Shown here: one piece after another, positions 31,116 through 41,920 of the stretch
How the letters are laid out: each line of letters begins with the position of its first letter
Numbering within the stretch: the first letter of the stretch is position 1
DNA from: Candidatus Latescibacterota bacterium
GTDB taxonomy: Bacteria; Latescibacterota; UBA2968
Direction of reading: 5' to 3'
Length of the DNA: 64,000 bases
Assembly (NCBI GenBank): GCA_965204375.1
Contig: OZ241986.1
Coordinates: forward strand, 160,001-224,000
Program-made: the position numbers and the translations under genes
Notes under the pieces: generated by a model
Told to the model about the DNA's origin: nothing
Seen by the model: the letters and a program-made list of their open reading frames with translations, nothing else
Database searches by the model: none

Positions 31116-32596
31116 GCCAACTCGTAGTGTCTGGGATCAGGTAGTGGCACTGGCCGGGCATCTTCGGTGTTGATGCTCCAGTCGGCGAGTCGCAGGCGCA
31201 TGGCGGCGAGGGCGTCGCGATGTTGATCTTCGTCGATCACATTGACCAATTCGCCTGGATCGGCGACGAGGTCGTAGAGTTCGTCGCGGTCTCCCATGGG
31301 GTCGTGGACGTACTTCCACTGGCGGGTGCGGACCATCTTGCACCGACCGGCTGCCTCGCGCCACTGCAGGGTGTCAAGAAGGGTTTTGCGGCCCCATGGG
31401 TGAGGTAGCTTTTCCAGGTCGGACATGGTAAAGAGCGGTCCTCCACTTCCGTATTCGGAAAAAGTCGCGTCCCGGGGGGAGGCTTCGGTTACGGTGGGTA
31501 GCGGTATTCCGTGCATGGAATGCGGTTGCGCCAGCCCTTGCAATTGCAACAACGTCGGCACCACGTCGATCAGATTGGCCATGCTCTGATCGCGTACCCC
31601 GGCGGTGACCTGTCCTGGCCAGGAGACGATCAGCGGCACCCGCGTCAGGCTGTCGTAGAAGACCCCTCCTTTGCACTGCATGGCGTGTTCCCCCATAAAG
31701 TCGCCGTGGTCCGAGCAAAAGACCACAATTGTCTGCTCTCGCAGCCCCAGTGCGTCGAGTTTGTCGAGTATTTGGCCGAGTGCGTCGTCGATAAAGCGCA
31801 CCATGCCAAAATACGAGGCCATAACGCCGTAAACTTCTTCAACCGGATCGCGGTGCACCCCCAGCATTTGATAGAGTACGCGGTTGCGCTCGGGCGCGCG
31901 CTCGTCGTCGAATTCGTCGTCGCGCCAGGGAGGAAGGTCAATGTTCTCGGGCGGAAACAAGGCCGCGTATTCGGCAGGACATAGCCACGGTTCGTGTGGA
32001 TCGGGAAAGGAAACCCATAAGGCAAAGGGCTGGTCCCGATGCTTTTCGATAAAGCGCGTCGTCTGTCCAGCGATCAGGCCAGTGGAGTGATCTTCCAATG
32101 GCAATTCGGAGGTGCCGTAGCTGAAGCGGGGGTTCTGGTGGGCGAGTTGGCGATGTGCGGCGGCGACCTTGCGGCGACCCTCTGCAGGTCGGAACCAGTC
32201 CATGCCATGCGTCTCCTCGCCGCGACCGCCGTGGGTAAAGGGGTTCCACACGTCGAAGAGTGCCAAATCTTCCTCCCGTTGGAAGCAGTGGTTTTTGCCG
32301 ATCAGGCCCGTGGCGTAGCCCGCCGCTTTCCAGAGTTGCCAGGCGTGTTCGGCACCGGCTGGCATCAAGGTCTGGTTGCGTCGGCCTCCGTGCGAGTGGG
32401 GAAACTGCGAGGTCCAAAATGAGATGCGCGCTGGCACGCAGAGCGGGTGCGGAGTGATGGCGTTTTCAAAGAGCACGCCGTCGGCGGCCAGGCGTTCCAT
32501 CGACGGGGTTTGGCAAAAGGTGTTGCCGTAGAGGTGGCTGGCTGTGGCGCGCTGCTGGTCGGTCATGATTACCAGGATGTTGGGGCGGTCAGTCAT
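31112..32596 (-). CDS. Formylglycine-dependent sulfatase (choline-sulfatase-like)
   Basis: RPNILVIMTDQQR, PLCVPAR (CxPxR), GKNH, DPHEP, SDHGD, ELYDLVADP. Confidence 0.9.
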   Translation of the reverse strand: MTDRPNILVIMTDQQRATASHLYGNTFCQTPSMERLAADGVLFENAITPHPLCVPARISFWTSQFPHSHGGRRNQTLMPAGAEHAWQLWKAAGYATGLIGKNHCFQREEDLALFDVWNPFTHGGRGEETHGMDWFRPAEGRRKVAAAHRQLAHQNPRFSYGTSELPLEDHSTGLIAGQTTRFIEKHRDQPFALWVSFPDPHEPWLCPAEYAALFPPENIDLPPWRDDEFDDERAPERNRVLYQMLGVHRDPVEEVYGVMASYFGMVRFIDDALGQILDKLDALGLREQTIVVFCSDHGDFMGEHAMQCKGGVFYDSLTRVPLIVSWPGQVTAGVRDQSMANLIDVVPTLLQLQGLAQPHSMHGIPLPTVTEASPRDATFSEYGSGGPLFTMSDLEKLPHPWGRKTLLDTLQWREAAGRCKMVRTRQWKYVHDPMGDRDELYDLVADPGELVNVIDEDQHRDALAAMRLRLADWSINTEDARPVPLPDPRHYELA

Positions 32597-32615
32597 GGTG
32601 TTCTGCCTCGTTTTT

Positions 32616-33878
32616 TTATGCGGCTGCCGACATGGCTTTGCTCAATATTTCCGATGTGCTCGGGCGCATGATTCGGGGATCGACTTGATCGCCGTTGCTG
32701 AGTGTGTCGCGCACTTGAGAGCCGGAAATAAAGACCGGTTGTTCATCGGGGTGATTTTCCATCAAATCCACGCGTCCAAGTGATTCGTAATAGGCGGCAA
32801 ATCCAACGTTCACGGGCTGAATTTGGAGGTCGCCATTCAGGTGCTCAAAAATTTCCTGTGCGTCGAAGTCCCCCCAGATCGCGCTGCCGTCGTGATAGGG
32901 GGCATCGGCGTGTTTGCGGCCGATAATGATGTCGGTAAATCCAAAGTTCTGGCGATAAATGGCGTGCATGACGGCTTCTTTGGGTCCGGCGTAAAACATT
33001 TTGATGTCCAGCCCGAGCAAGATGACCCTGTCCGGTACAGATTCTCCGCGTTTTTTCCAAAGTTCCACATCGCTATCCCCTTCGCCCAGTCCTCGAGATG
33101 CGATGAGTGCTTCGTAAGTTTGCATGCGAATTTCTGCACGCACGTCGTCCGATTTGGTTTCGCCCACGAGGGGATTTAAGCACGCGCCTGCGTTGTGTCC
33201 CTGGCGCAGGAGGGTTTCCAAACCATATACCAGTGCGTATTCGTGTGCCCGATGCAGGGCATTGCGCGTTTGAAATGCCACAACGCGGTTCCAGCCTTTT
33301 TGTGTCAGGAGAGGTCTGACTTCTCGCGGGCTGAGGACGTATTGTCCGAAATGTGGATTTTTGGGTTGGGGTAGTACTTGTATTTCACCGCCTATGAGAT
33401 GGGTTTTATCGGCATCGCCATTCAGGACCATATCGGCGCCGGGGTGGTCTGTGCGGTCCGTTAAATATACGCGCTGGAGATATTTGGTTTTGTCCCATTC
33501 AAAGATGTCGCTGATGTCCAGTACCGCCACAATTTCGCCAGATGTGTTTTCCAGCGCGACTTTCTGCCCAATCGAAAGGGTTTTGGCAACATCTGAACTC
33601 ACGGGTAATGATATTGGGATCGTCCAGGCATAGTGCTTGCCAGCCACTTCGATGACGGATTCGTCGAGTACCCGGTGATATGTTTGTGCGTCCATTGGTC
33701 CTGTGAGCGGACTCAATCCGCCGTCGCCAAAACGATAGACCGAGGATAGATCTGCATCGCTGACCGGGACGCGCGTCAGCCCGTTTGCTTTGGACAAAAA
33801 TGTTTCGGCATCTGCTACCATGCGATTGACCGGTTCGGATAGACCTCCGTGGGGTGCAATCAGGGGTGTATCGGACAT
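32616..33878 (-). CDS. sat: Sulfate adenylyltransferase (ATP sulfurylase)
   Basis: [51 protein letters not shown]. Confidence 0.9.
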   Translation of the reverse strand: MSDTPLIAPHGGLSEPVNRMVADAETFLSKANGLTRVPVSDADLSSVYRFGDGGLSPLTGPMDAQTYHRVLDESVIEVAGKHYAWTIPISLPVSSDVAKTLSIGQKVALENTSGEIVAVLDISDIFEWDKTKYLQRVYLTDRTDHPGADMVLNGDADKTHLIGGEIQVLPQPKNPHFGQYVLSPREVRPLLTQKGWNRVVAFQTRNALHRAHEYALVYGLETLLRQGHNAGACLNPLVGETKSDDVRAEIRMQTYEALIASRGLGEGDSDVELWKKRGESVPDRVILLGLDIKMFYAGPKEAVMHAIYRQNFGFTDIIIGRKHADAPYHDGSAIWGDFDAQEIFEHLNGDLQIQPVNVGFAAYYESLGRVDLMENHPDEQPVFISGSQVRDTLSNGDQVDPRIMRPSTSEILSKAMSAAA

Positions 33879-33987
33879 TTGGGTAAACCTCCAGTGTTGT
33901 TTTTGATATTCTTGATTTACTAAGTCATCAATATATCGGTGGCCTACTTTCTGTCAAGAAATAAAGCGGTTTTGAGCCTCTGCTGCT

Positions 33988-35043
33988 TCAACGCAGTTCA
34001 TCCCATTTGAATTCCAGGCGGATGAGATCCGGGGGTGATTCTCGGTGGTGGAGGGATTTATAGGTTATGACGTTGAAATACACTTTTTTGGCGCGCGTTG
34101 TGAAATAAGGCGTCGCATAATACCCATCGGGTACAATCGCGCCTTCGTAATTGTCCAGTATGGCATAGGAGAGGATGTCGAGTGATTCGGGATCGAATTT
34201 GAATAGACACAGTTTCATGCCGCGTATCGATTCCATGTAATTTCGACCGATGAAGTAGTAGCCGCCATCTCGCTCGAAAAGTCGCGGTCTGCCTATCTGG
34301 GCGCGTATGAAGTTGTAGGTTTGTGTCAGGTTCACTTCTCTGATTAAGCGGAACGATCCATCGGTAAAATGCATTCGCTGGATGCCGTCCAGTCCCCGCG
34401 TGTTGAAGATGTATCCGTCTTCATATCGCAGGAAGGATGTTTCATTGATGGGGGCATTGCCAAAGGCTTTTGTGAGGTTTGTCACAAATTGCCAACTTTT
34501 TCCGTTGTCATCTGATCGAATCACATCCACGTTTGGACTGTTATTTCGATAATGCCGGTAGGGCGTCAGGAGCATATAGGTCGTTTCGCCCTCTGTCAGA
34601 GATTCAAAGGCATAGACATATTCCGTGCCGTTGATGGAGCCGAGTTTTTCCCCGCCTTCAAAATGCACGCCATTATCCGAAGACCGATATGCAAGTAGCC
34701 CGAATTTGTCTTTTGAATTTGGGAAATGCGGATCTACGTACAGGCTAATATCGCCATTGGCAAAGCGGACAAATTCTCCGTTCTGGATCGTGAATCCATC
34801 CAGATGTGCGACAATTTTCCGATCTGAAATTGTCTCCGTGGTGGGGTTGTAGCGAAACATCTCCCAGTCAGCGGCTGGTTCTGTGTTGTGCCGAGTGCCG
34901 CGTTTGTAGGCGATCAGGACATTGTGTTCGTCCAGAAACAAGAGGTGAGGCGCTTTCACATAGGGCAGTGTTTTTTGTTCTGCTGCCCGTATCAGGATTT
35001 CCTGGGTTTTGTAATGAGGTAGAATGGGGATATGAGCGTTCAT
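33988..35043 (-). CDS. BNR/Asp-box beta-propeller (sialidase-like) protein
   Basis: Asp-boxes RSSDNGVHF and RSDDNGKSW; NETSF; no signal peptide. Confidence 0.6.
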   Translation of the reverse strand: MNAHIPILPHYKTQEILIRAAEQKTLPYVKAPHLLFLDEHNVLIAYKRGTRHNTEPAADWEMFRYNPTTETISDRKIVAHLDGFTIQNGEFVRFANGDISLYVDPHFPNSKDKFGLLAYRSSDNGVHFEGGEKLGSINGTEYVYAFESLTEGETTYMLLTPYRHYRNNSPNVDVIRSDDNGKSWQFVTNLTKAFGNAPINETSFLRYEDGYIFNTRGLDGIQRMHFTDGSFRLIREVNLTQTYNFIRAQIGRPRLFERDGGYYFIGRNYMESIRGMKLCLFKFDPESLDILSYAILDNYEGAIVPDGYYATPYFTTRAKKVYFNVITYKSLHHRESPPDLIRLEFKWDELR

Positions 35044-35052
35044 AATATTTTT

Positions 35053-35682
35053 CTACTGACAATTGTCGCCTGCAAAAAAGGGTATGCCTTGAAGCCATGT
35101 CTGAAAGTCGGCATTGAGCGGCGCGCATAGCTCCGTGTCTTGAAAGATGAATTCTTTCAGGTTCGCCAAGTTTGTCAGGCTCTGCGGAAGTGGACCTGTC
35201 AAGGTATTCTGGTCGAGATACAGTCCTGTCAGGTTGGACAGGTTGCTCAATTCAGAGGGGACGGATCCGTTCAACGCATTTCCGGAAAGATACAGGTCCG
35301 TGAGGTTGGTCAGATTGCCCAATTCGGATGGGATCGGGCCATGCAACTGATTGTTGGAAAGATTCAGTGTTTTGAGGTCGGACAGGTTGCCCAATGCTCC
35401 AGGAAGCGCGCCTGTCAGGTTATTGTTGGCGAGGTCCAGGGAGATGATCCGTTCGTTAGAGATTGTGACGCCATGCCAGGTCGAGAGGCCGCTGTCGCTC
35501 AGCCAATTTGTCTTGTTCGTCCAGTTTGCTCCGTTGGTGGCATTGTACAGGGCCACCAGTACATCGTGGTCTGCCGCCAGTGATTGTTCTGGTCCTGTGC
35601 TGTTGTTTTTACAACTGAAAAGGAGAAATACCAGCATAATGTAAATGGGGAATGGTCGCATTATGCTATCCTTAGCTGTCAA
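35053..35682 (-). CDS. Leucine-rich-repeat lipoprotein (plant-type 24-aa LRRs)
   Basis: Lipobox LFSC; LVALYNATNGANW...WHGVT cap; LxLxxNxLxGxIPxELGNLxNL repeats. Start may be a later Met. Confidence 0.85.
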   Translation of the reverse strand: MTAKDSIMRPFPIYIMLVFLLFSCKNNSTGPEQSLAADHDVLVALYNATNGANWTNKTNWLSDSGLSTWHGVTISNERIISLDLANNNLTGALPGALGNLSDLKTLNLSNNQLHGPIPSELGNLTNLTDLYLSGNALNGSVPSELSNLSNLTGLYLDQNTLTGPLPQSLTNLANLKEFIFQDTELCAPLNADFQTWLQGIPFFAGDNCQ

Positions 35683-35691
35683 TATATAAGA

Positions 35692-35723
35692 AAACAGGCA
35701 CTTAATGTGCGTAAGTGCCTGTT
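35692..35723 (-). terminator. Terminator downstream of tRNA-Lys
   Basis: AACAGGCACTTA-loop-TAAGTGCCTGTT stem with A-run on the plus strand. Confidence 0.7.
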
Positions 35724-35730
35724 CAGATTA

Positions 35731-35806
<76 letters not shown>

Positions 35807-35826
35807 GTTTTTTTCAGGTGATTGGA

Positions 35827-35855
35827 AATGTAAAGAAGCCTTTGCGCGATGTCAA
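35827..35855 (-). promoter_or_regulatory. Putative sigma70 promoter for tRNA-Lys
   Basis: TTGACA-N17-TACATT on the minus strand, overlapping the moaC stop. Confidence 0.6.
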
Positions 35856-36325
35856 GTCTTGCGAATATAAGTTCCGCTGCGTCCACCGCTTTTTTGCAGG
35901 AGACAGATTTCCCCGATGATCATGTTGCGATCTACTGCTTTGCACATGTCGTAAATGGTCAACAAGGCGATGCTTACGGCGGTGAGCGCTTCCATTTCGA
36001 CACCTGTGCGATCGGGCACGCGCACAGTTGCACGCGCGATAATGCTCGCGTCCTCGACTTCAAAATTGAGTTCAACGCCCGTAATGCCCAGCGGATGACA
36101 CATTGGGATGAGGTCAGAGGTGCGTTTGGCTGCCATGATGCCCGCAATTCGCGCTGTTTCCAGCACATTGCCTTTGGAGATGTTTCCCCCGGTGATGAGT
36201 TGCAGGGTTTCGGGCTGCATTTCAATTTTGCCCGATGCGATCGCTTCGCGGTCTGTCACATCTTTATCTGTGACATCTACCATTTTTACGGATCCCTGTT
36301 CGTCAATATGTGTCAATTTTGCCAT
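35852..36325 (-). CDS. moaC: Cyclic pyranopterin monophosphate synthase
   Basis: [54 protein letters not shown]. Confidence 0.96.
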   Translation of the reverse strand: MAKLTHIDEQGSVKMVDVTDKDVTDREAIASGKIEMQPETLQLITGGNISKGNVLETARIAGIMAAKRTSDLIPMCHPLGITGVELNFEVEDASIIARATVRVPDRTGVEMEALTAVSIALLTIYDMCKAVDRNMIIGEICLLQKSGGRSGTYIRKT

Positions 36326-36331
36326 GATCTT

Positions 36332-37555
36332 TTACCAGCTATTTAATAAAATGAGATCTAATTCGGTTCCCGCAGGTACATGGGCATCTTCGGCATTGAC
36401 TACGAATAAGCTGTTTGCGCGGGCCATTGAGAACAGATCCGCCGAGCCATGGTGCCCAACCCAGGAGCTTTCCCAAATGCCGTTTTTGCCCTGAACACTG
36501 TGCGCGGGTACAAATTGCTTTCGTCCGGGTGTTTGTCGAAAGTCGGCGCTGAGTACTGTGCGGACCGTGGGGAGGTGCAGATCTGTCATGCACTGCATTT
36601 TTCTGATCGCAGGGCGCATGAGCAGTTCCAGGCCGACCACAGAGGATACCGGATTGCCGGGCAGTCCAAATACCTGTCGCGCACCTTTTACGCCAAATGT
36701 CAGGGGTTTGCCGGGTTTCATGCGGATGCGGTCAAATAGTACTTCGACGCCCAGATCTCGCATGCCGTCTTGTACCAGATCGTATTCGCCAGCGGAGACG
36801 CCGCCCGAAAGGGCGACGATATCACAGGTTTCCAGACCTTCGCCGATGGTTTGTATCAACGCCTGGATATCGTCTTCTACTATGCCGAGATAACGCGCCT
36901 GTGCCCCTGAGCGCAAGACTTGCGCTACCATTGAGTATCCATTGCTGTTTCGAATTTGTCCGGGTTTGGGTTTGTGGTGTGGTTCCACCACTTCGCTGCC
37001 GGTTGCCACAATGCCGACGACTGGCTGGCGATAGACCTCGACATGGACATGCCCCACAGCGGCGAGAATGCCAACTTCGGGGGGGCGTATGACTGTGTTG
37101 GCCTGTAATACGACCTGATTGACGCGCACATCTTCGCCGAGGCGAGCGATATTTCTGCCTGTTTCTGTGGTGTCGAGGACCCGCACTTTTTTGGGATCTG
37201 CGTGCGGTTCTGTGTCTTCGACCATAATTACCGTGTCTGCCCCATCGGGTACAGGTGCGCCTGTCATAATTTGAGAGGCTTGCCCGCATTCCACGCGCTT
37301 TTGCGGCACGGTGCCCGCTGGAATCTCTTCGATCACATCGAGTATGACAGGTTTATCTCCAGACGCGGATGCGATATCTGCGCCCTGAAGGGCATAACCA
37401 TCCATGAGGGCTTTGTCAAAGGGTGGCATGTCGATATCCGAATGCACGTCTTCGGATAAAACGCGCCCGAGCACATCGTCCAATCCAACGCGGATTTTGT
37501 CAATTTTCTGTGTGTTTTCCAGTACTATGCGAATGGCATCATCCATTTCAATCAT
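36332..37555 (-). CDS. moeA: Molybdopterin molybdotransferase
   Basis: PPFDKALMDGYA, IMTGAPVPDGADTVIMVE, TGSEV, SGGVSAGEYD, KPGKP, GLPGNPVS. Confidence 0.95.
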   Translation of the reverse strand: MIEMDDAIRIVLENTQKIDKIRVGLDDVLGRVLSEDVHSDIDMPPFDKALMDGYALQGADIASASGDKPVILDVIEEIPAGTVPQKRVECGQASQIMTGAPVPDGADTVIMVEDTEPHADPKKVRVLDTTETGRNIARLGEDVRVNQVVLQANTVIRPPEVGILAAVGHVHVEVYRQPVVGIVATGSEVVEPHHKPKPGQIRNSNGYSMVAQVLRSGAQARYLGIVEDDIQALIQTIGEGLETCDIVALSGGVSAGEYDLVQDGMRDLGVEVLFDRIRMKPGKPLTFGVKGARQVFGLPGNPVSSVVGLELLMRPAIRKMQCMTDLHLPTVRTVLSADFRQTPGRKQFVPAHSVQGKNGIWESSWVGHHGSADLFSMARANSLFVVNAEDAHVPAGTELDLILLNSW

Positions 37556-37683
37556 AACTTTACTCCTTGTTTTATTTTCATTAATCGCGCATAATATACG
37601 TAAACTTGTCCGAAGTATCTGAGATTTTTTTGTATTTTTTATGGGAAAATCGCTATAGCGTGTATCTTAATACGAGGAGCAAT

Positions 37684-38403
37684 ATGTCCAAAACAGCAAT
37701 TATTACTGGCGCAGGCACCGGTATTGGTGCGAGTATTGCCATTGCATTTGCCGAAGCGGGCTATAATCTCGCGCTCGCGGGTCGGCGCATAGAACCGCTT
37801 GAAGAGATAGCGCGGCAATGTGGCTCTGATAATATCGAGATCTGTGCTACCGATGTTGCCGACCGGCAGGGGGTTCAAGAGCTTGCCAAACAAACGGTCG
37901 CGACATTTGGTCGCGTCGATATTTTAGTGAATAACGCGGGTATCAATAGTAAAAAACGCCACTTGATCGATATTGCGGATGAGGACTGGGATCGTGTTAT
38001 GGAGATCAATCTCACAGGTGCTTTTAATGCGTTTCGCGCTGTTTTGCCACAAATGAAAGTGCAAAATGACGGTCTGGTTATCAATATTTCATCTATGGCT
38101 GGCAAAAGAGCGGGTATGATCAGTGGTGTGGCTTATTGCGCGTCCAAATTTGGCATGGCCGCGCTGAATCAATCGATCAATGTCGAGTTTCGAGAGGAGG
38201 GCATTCGCGCCTGCTGTATTTATCCCGGCGAAGTCGATACTCCTATCTTAGACCACCGCCCCAATCCCGTTTCAGATGAAAAACGCGCAGCCGCTCTTTT
38301 GCCCGAAGACATTGCTGCCGCCGCACTTATGGTCGCCCAGATGCCAGACCGCGTCATTGTCGAAGAAATTACCATTTTTCCACGCCGCGTGGTTAGTAGA
38401 TAG
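37684..38403 (+). CDS. Short-chain dehydrogenase/reductase
   Basis: ITGAGTGIG, LVNNAG, YCASK; GAGGAG RBS precedes ATG 37684. Confidence 0.9.
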   Translation: MSKTAIITGAGTGIGASIAIAFAEAGYNLALAGRRIEPLEEIARQCGSDNIEICATDVADRQGVQELAKQTVATFGRVDILVNNAGINSKKRHLIDIADEDWDRVMEINLTGAFNAFRAVLPQMKVQNDGLVINISSMAGKRAGMISGVAYCASKFGMAALNQSINVEFREEGIRACCIYPGEVDTPILDHRPNPVSDEKRAAALLPEDIAAAALMVAQMPDRVIVEEITIFPRRVVSR

Positions 38404-38451
38404 TATATCAGTCCGCTTATGTGCGTGGGTTAGAATTAGTCAGGAAATAAA

Positions 38452-39993
38452 ATGAAAACAGAAATCATCATTAATGTCGCTTCACACGAGTCGCGAATTG
38501 CCATTCTCGAAGATGGTAAGCTCGCGGAAATTCTCGTTGAACGCGCTGAAAAAGAACGCATGGTTGGCGATATTTATCAGGGTGTTGTCACCGCTGTTTT
38601 GCCCGGCTTACAGGCCGGTTTTGTCGATATTGGGCAGGAAAAATCAGCCTTTTTACACGTCTCTGATATGCCTGGTTCGCCCGGCTCAATGGTCGAACTC
38701 GATTCGGAAATCCTCGACGACATCCGGGATCAGAGCAATGGGCAGGGCAAATTCTCTATTGATGAGCTTTTGCGCAAAGGCCAGGAAGTTATTGTACAGA
38801 TTAAAAAAGAGGCTATCAGTACAAAAGGACCGCGCATTACTGCCGTGCCATCGCTCGCCGGTCGGTTTATGGTGCTTGTACCTGATGGCGATAAAGTGGG
38901 TGTGTCGCGCAAAATTACCAATTGGCGTGAAAAGCGGCGTCTTCGGGATATCGGGGGCAATATCAAGCCCGAGGGCTTTGGGCTTATTGTGCGTACCGAA
39001 GCCCGTGGCAAGGGCGAGCGAGAACTCAGGCGGGACCTCAAGCAACTTTTGACAACGTGGAAACGACTTCAAAAACAGGGTAAGAAGAGCAGTGGCCCCC
39101 AATTGCTCCACAAAGAAATAGGCATGACGTCTGGTCTTATCCGCGATTTGTTTACGGAGGATGTTCACCGCCTGGTCATCGATTCGAAACGCGAATACAA
39201 GCAAATTCAGGCATATCTCAAAGGGGTTTCGCCCGAGTTGCGCCAGACCGTCGAATACTACGGTGATTCGCGACCGATTTTTGACGCTTTTGGCATTGAG
39301 GCTGAAATTGAAAAACTCACCGAACGCAAGGTCTGGTTCAAAGGCGGTGGTTATCTGGTTATTGATCCGACCGAAGCACTGGTTGCCATCGATGTCAACA
39401 GCGGGCGCAGCGTGGGCAAAGGGCGTGCCAAGCAGGATGAGACCGTGTTGAAGACCAATTTGGAGGCAGCCCGAGAAGTTGCTCGCCAGCTCCGTTTGCG
39501 CGATATGGGCGGGCTTGTGGTTGTCGATTTTATCGATATGGACCATGCGCGAGATCGCAAGCGCGTTGAAGATGAAATGCGTCAGGCTATTCGCCGCGAT
39601 CGGTCCAAGATCCGATATTCGCGGATTACGGCGTTTGGGCTGATGGAGATGACCCGCCAGCGGGTGCGTCCCAGTTTGATGTCCACTTATTCTACCCCCT
39701 GTCCGCAATGCCATGGTACGGGTTACATTCCGAGCCAGGAAACCGTGCTGTCGCGCATCGAACGCTGGCTCAAACGATCTCGCGCAGCCGCGCTCGAACG
39801 CCGTCTCACCGTGCAGGTTCACCCCACGCTCGGGTTTTATTTGCTCGAGAATCGCAGGGAGCGCCTCAAGGCCATTCGCAAATCTACCCGGGTTTGGCTC
39901 GATGTTGAATCGGCTCCGGATTTGCGCGAAGAAGATTATCGCGTTTTTTCTCGGAAGCGAAAGATCGATGTGACAAATGAAGTTCAAACTTGA
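38452..39993 (+). CDS. rng: Ribonuclease E/G family protein
   Basis: GDIYQG, GLQAGFVDIG, AFLH, IDVNSG, TNLEAAREVARQLRLRDMGG, DFIDM, CPQCHGTG. Confidence 0.9.
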   Translation: MKTEIIINVASHESRIAILEDGKLAEILVERAEKERMVGDIYQGVVTAVLPGLQAGFVDIGQEKSAFLHVSDMPGSPGSMVELDSEILDDIRDQSNGQGKFSIDELLRKGQEVIVQIKKEAISTKGPRITAVPSLAGRFMVLVPDGDKVGVSRKITNWREKRRLRDIGGNIKPEGFGLIVRTEARGKGERELRRDLKQLLTTWKRLQKQGKKSSGPQLLHKEIGMTSGLIRDLFTEDVHRLVIDSKREYKQIQAYLKGVSPELRQTVEYYGDSRPIFDAFGIEAEIEKLTERKVWFKGGGYLVIDPTEALVAIDVNSGRSVGKGRAKQDETVLKTNLEAAREVARQLRLRDMGGLVVVDFIDMDHARDRKRVEDEMRQAIRRDRSKIRYSRITAFGLMEMTRQRVRPSLMSTYSTPCPQCHGTGYIPSQETVLSRIERWLKRSRAAALERRLTVQVHPTLGFYLLENRRERLKAIRKSTRVWLDVESAPDLREEDYRVFSRKRKIDVTNEVQT

Positions 39994-40018
39994 CATAAAG
40001 TACGACTTCGGATAGATT
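39990..40018 (+). promoter_or_regulatory. Putative sigma70 promoter of rplU-rpmA
   Basis: TTGACA-N17-TAGATT. Confidence 0.6.
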
Positions 40019-40132
40019 TAGCCCTCTTTGGATTTTCCGATCCACGCCGGGTCGGGAAGTTTGTTTGTAAATAAAAAGTGGGGGCTGGGGACTGGGCGTT
40101 GGGAACTGGAACAGTTTCTGGAGGTTTTGAGT

Positions 40133-40450
40133 ATGTATGCAGTGGTCGATATCGCTGGCAGCCAATACAAGGTGCAAGAGGGCGATCATATCCGCGTGGC
40201 CCGGCTCGATGCCGAGGAGGGGGATTCACTTACTTTTCCCCAGGTGTTGCTCGTAGGTGACAGCGATGAAATCAAAGTGGGTACGCCTCAAGTTGAAGGG
40301 GCTGCCGTCGAAGTGAGTGTTAAAGGGCATGGTCTCGCAGACAAAGTCATGGTTTTTAAGATGAAGCGCCGCAAAAATTATCGGCGCAAGAGAGGGCATC
40401 GGCAATCTTATACCGATCTTCAGGTTGAAAAAATTGTAGCGGAAAGCTAA
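40133..40450 (+). CDS. rplU: 50S ribosomal protein L21
   Basis: [18 protein letters not shown]...[17 protein letters not shown]; GGAGG RBS. Confidence 0.97.
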   Translation: MYAVVDIAGSQYKVQEGDHIRVARLDAEEGDSLTFPQVLLVGDSDEIKVGTPQVEGAAVEVSVKGHGLADKVMVFKMKRRKNYRRKRGHRQSYTDLQVEKIVAES

Positions 40451-40467
40451 AATCAAGGAGGCTTTTC

Positions 40468-40719
40468 ATGGCACATAAAAAAGGTGTTGGCAGTTCGAGA
40501 AATGGCAGGGATAGTGCGGGAAGACGCCTGGGTGTGAAATCCCCTGGCGGCCAGGTTGTCTCTGCGGGAACAATTATTATGCGCCAGCGCGGAACAAAAA
40601 TCCACCCCGGCAATAATGTCAAGAAGGGTAAAGACGATACGTTGTATTCGGTCATCGATGGGCGCGTCAAGTTTGAGCATCTCGGTAAGAAGCGCAAGAA
40701 GGTGAGTGTTTACGCGTAG
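40468..40719 (+). CDS. rpmA: 50S ribosomal protein L27
   Basis: [24 protein letters not shown]. Confidence 0.98.
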   Translation: MAHKKGVGSSRNGRDSAGRRLGVKSPGGQVVSAGTIIMRQRGTKIHPGNNVKKGKDDTLYSVIDGRVKFEHLGKKRKKVSVYA

Positions 40720-40779
40720 GTGCGGGTTGAACTGGCCTGAGAGGCGGCCAGTTGTACCCCACTCGAAACCCGCACCCAC
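40716..40779. repeat. REP-like nested palindrome
   Basis: GTAGGTGCGGGTT...AACCCGCACCCAC outer arms enclosing the hairpin AACTGGCC-tgagaggc-GGCCAGTT. Confidence 0.55.
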
Positions 40780-40818
40780 AGGTTTCAAATCCGTCCGTTA
40801 TCTATGTCAAGAGAATAA

Positions 40819-41748
<930 letters not shown>

Positions 41749-41844
41749 GAAATAGTAGGAGAGAATAGAATTGTCATTGCGGCATGGTTTTAGCCGCCAC
41801 GCCGTAGGCACAACGCCAGTAATCCAGGAAGTGGTTCTTTAGTC

Positions 41845-41889
41845 AGCCCGTTCAATCTCCCCAATAGAAGGGTAGTTGGACGGGCTTTT
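41845..41889 (+). terminator. Intrinsic terminator after mdh, left edge of the RM locus
   Basis: AGCCCGTTCAA...TTGGACGGGCT followed by TTT. Confidence 0.65.
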
Positions 41890-41920
41890 ATCTTATGTAA
41901 AAAACTGAGAGGGCAATCAA

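Noticed and set aside
38686-39996. Long antisense ORFs (also 42914-43966, 57012-57842, 61962-63083)
   Set aside because: They are shadows of well-supported genes and have no motifs or RBS.
41829-41842. AGTGGTTCTTTAG resembling part of the CRISPR repeat
   Set aside because: Short partial match without the GTTTCAAT end; likely chance.
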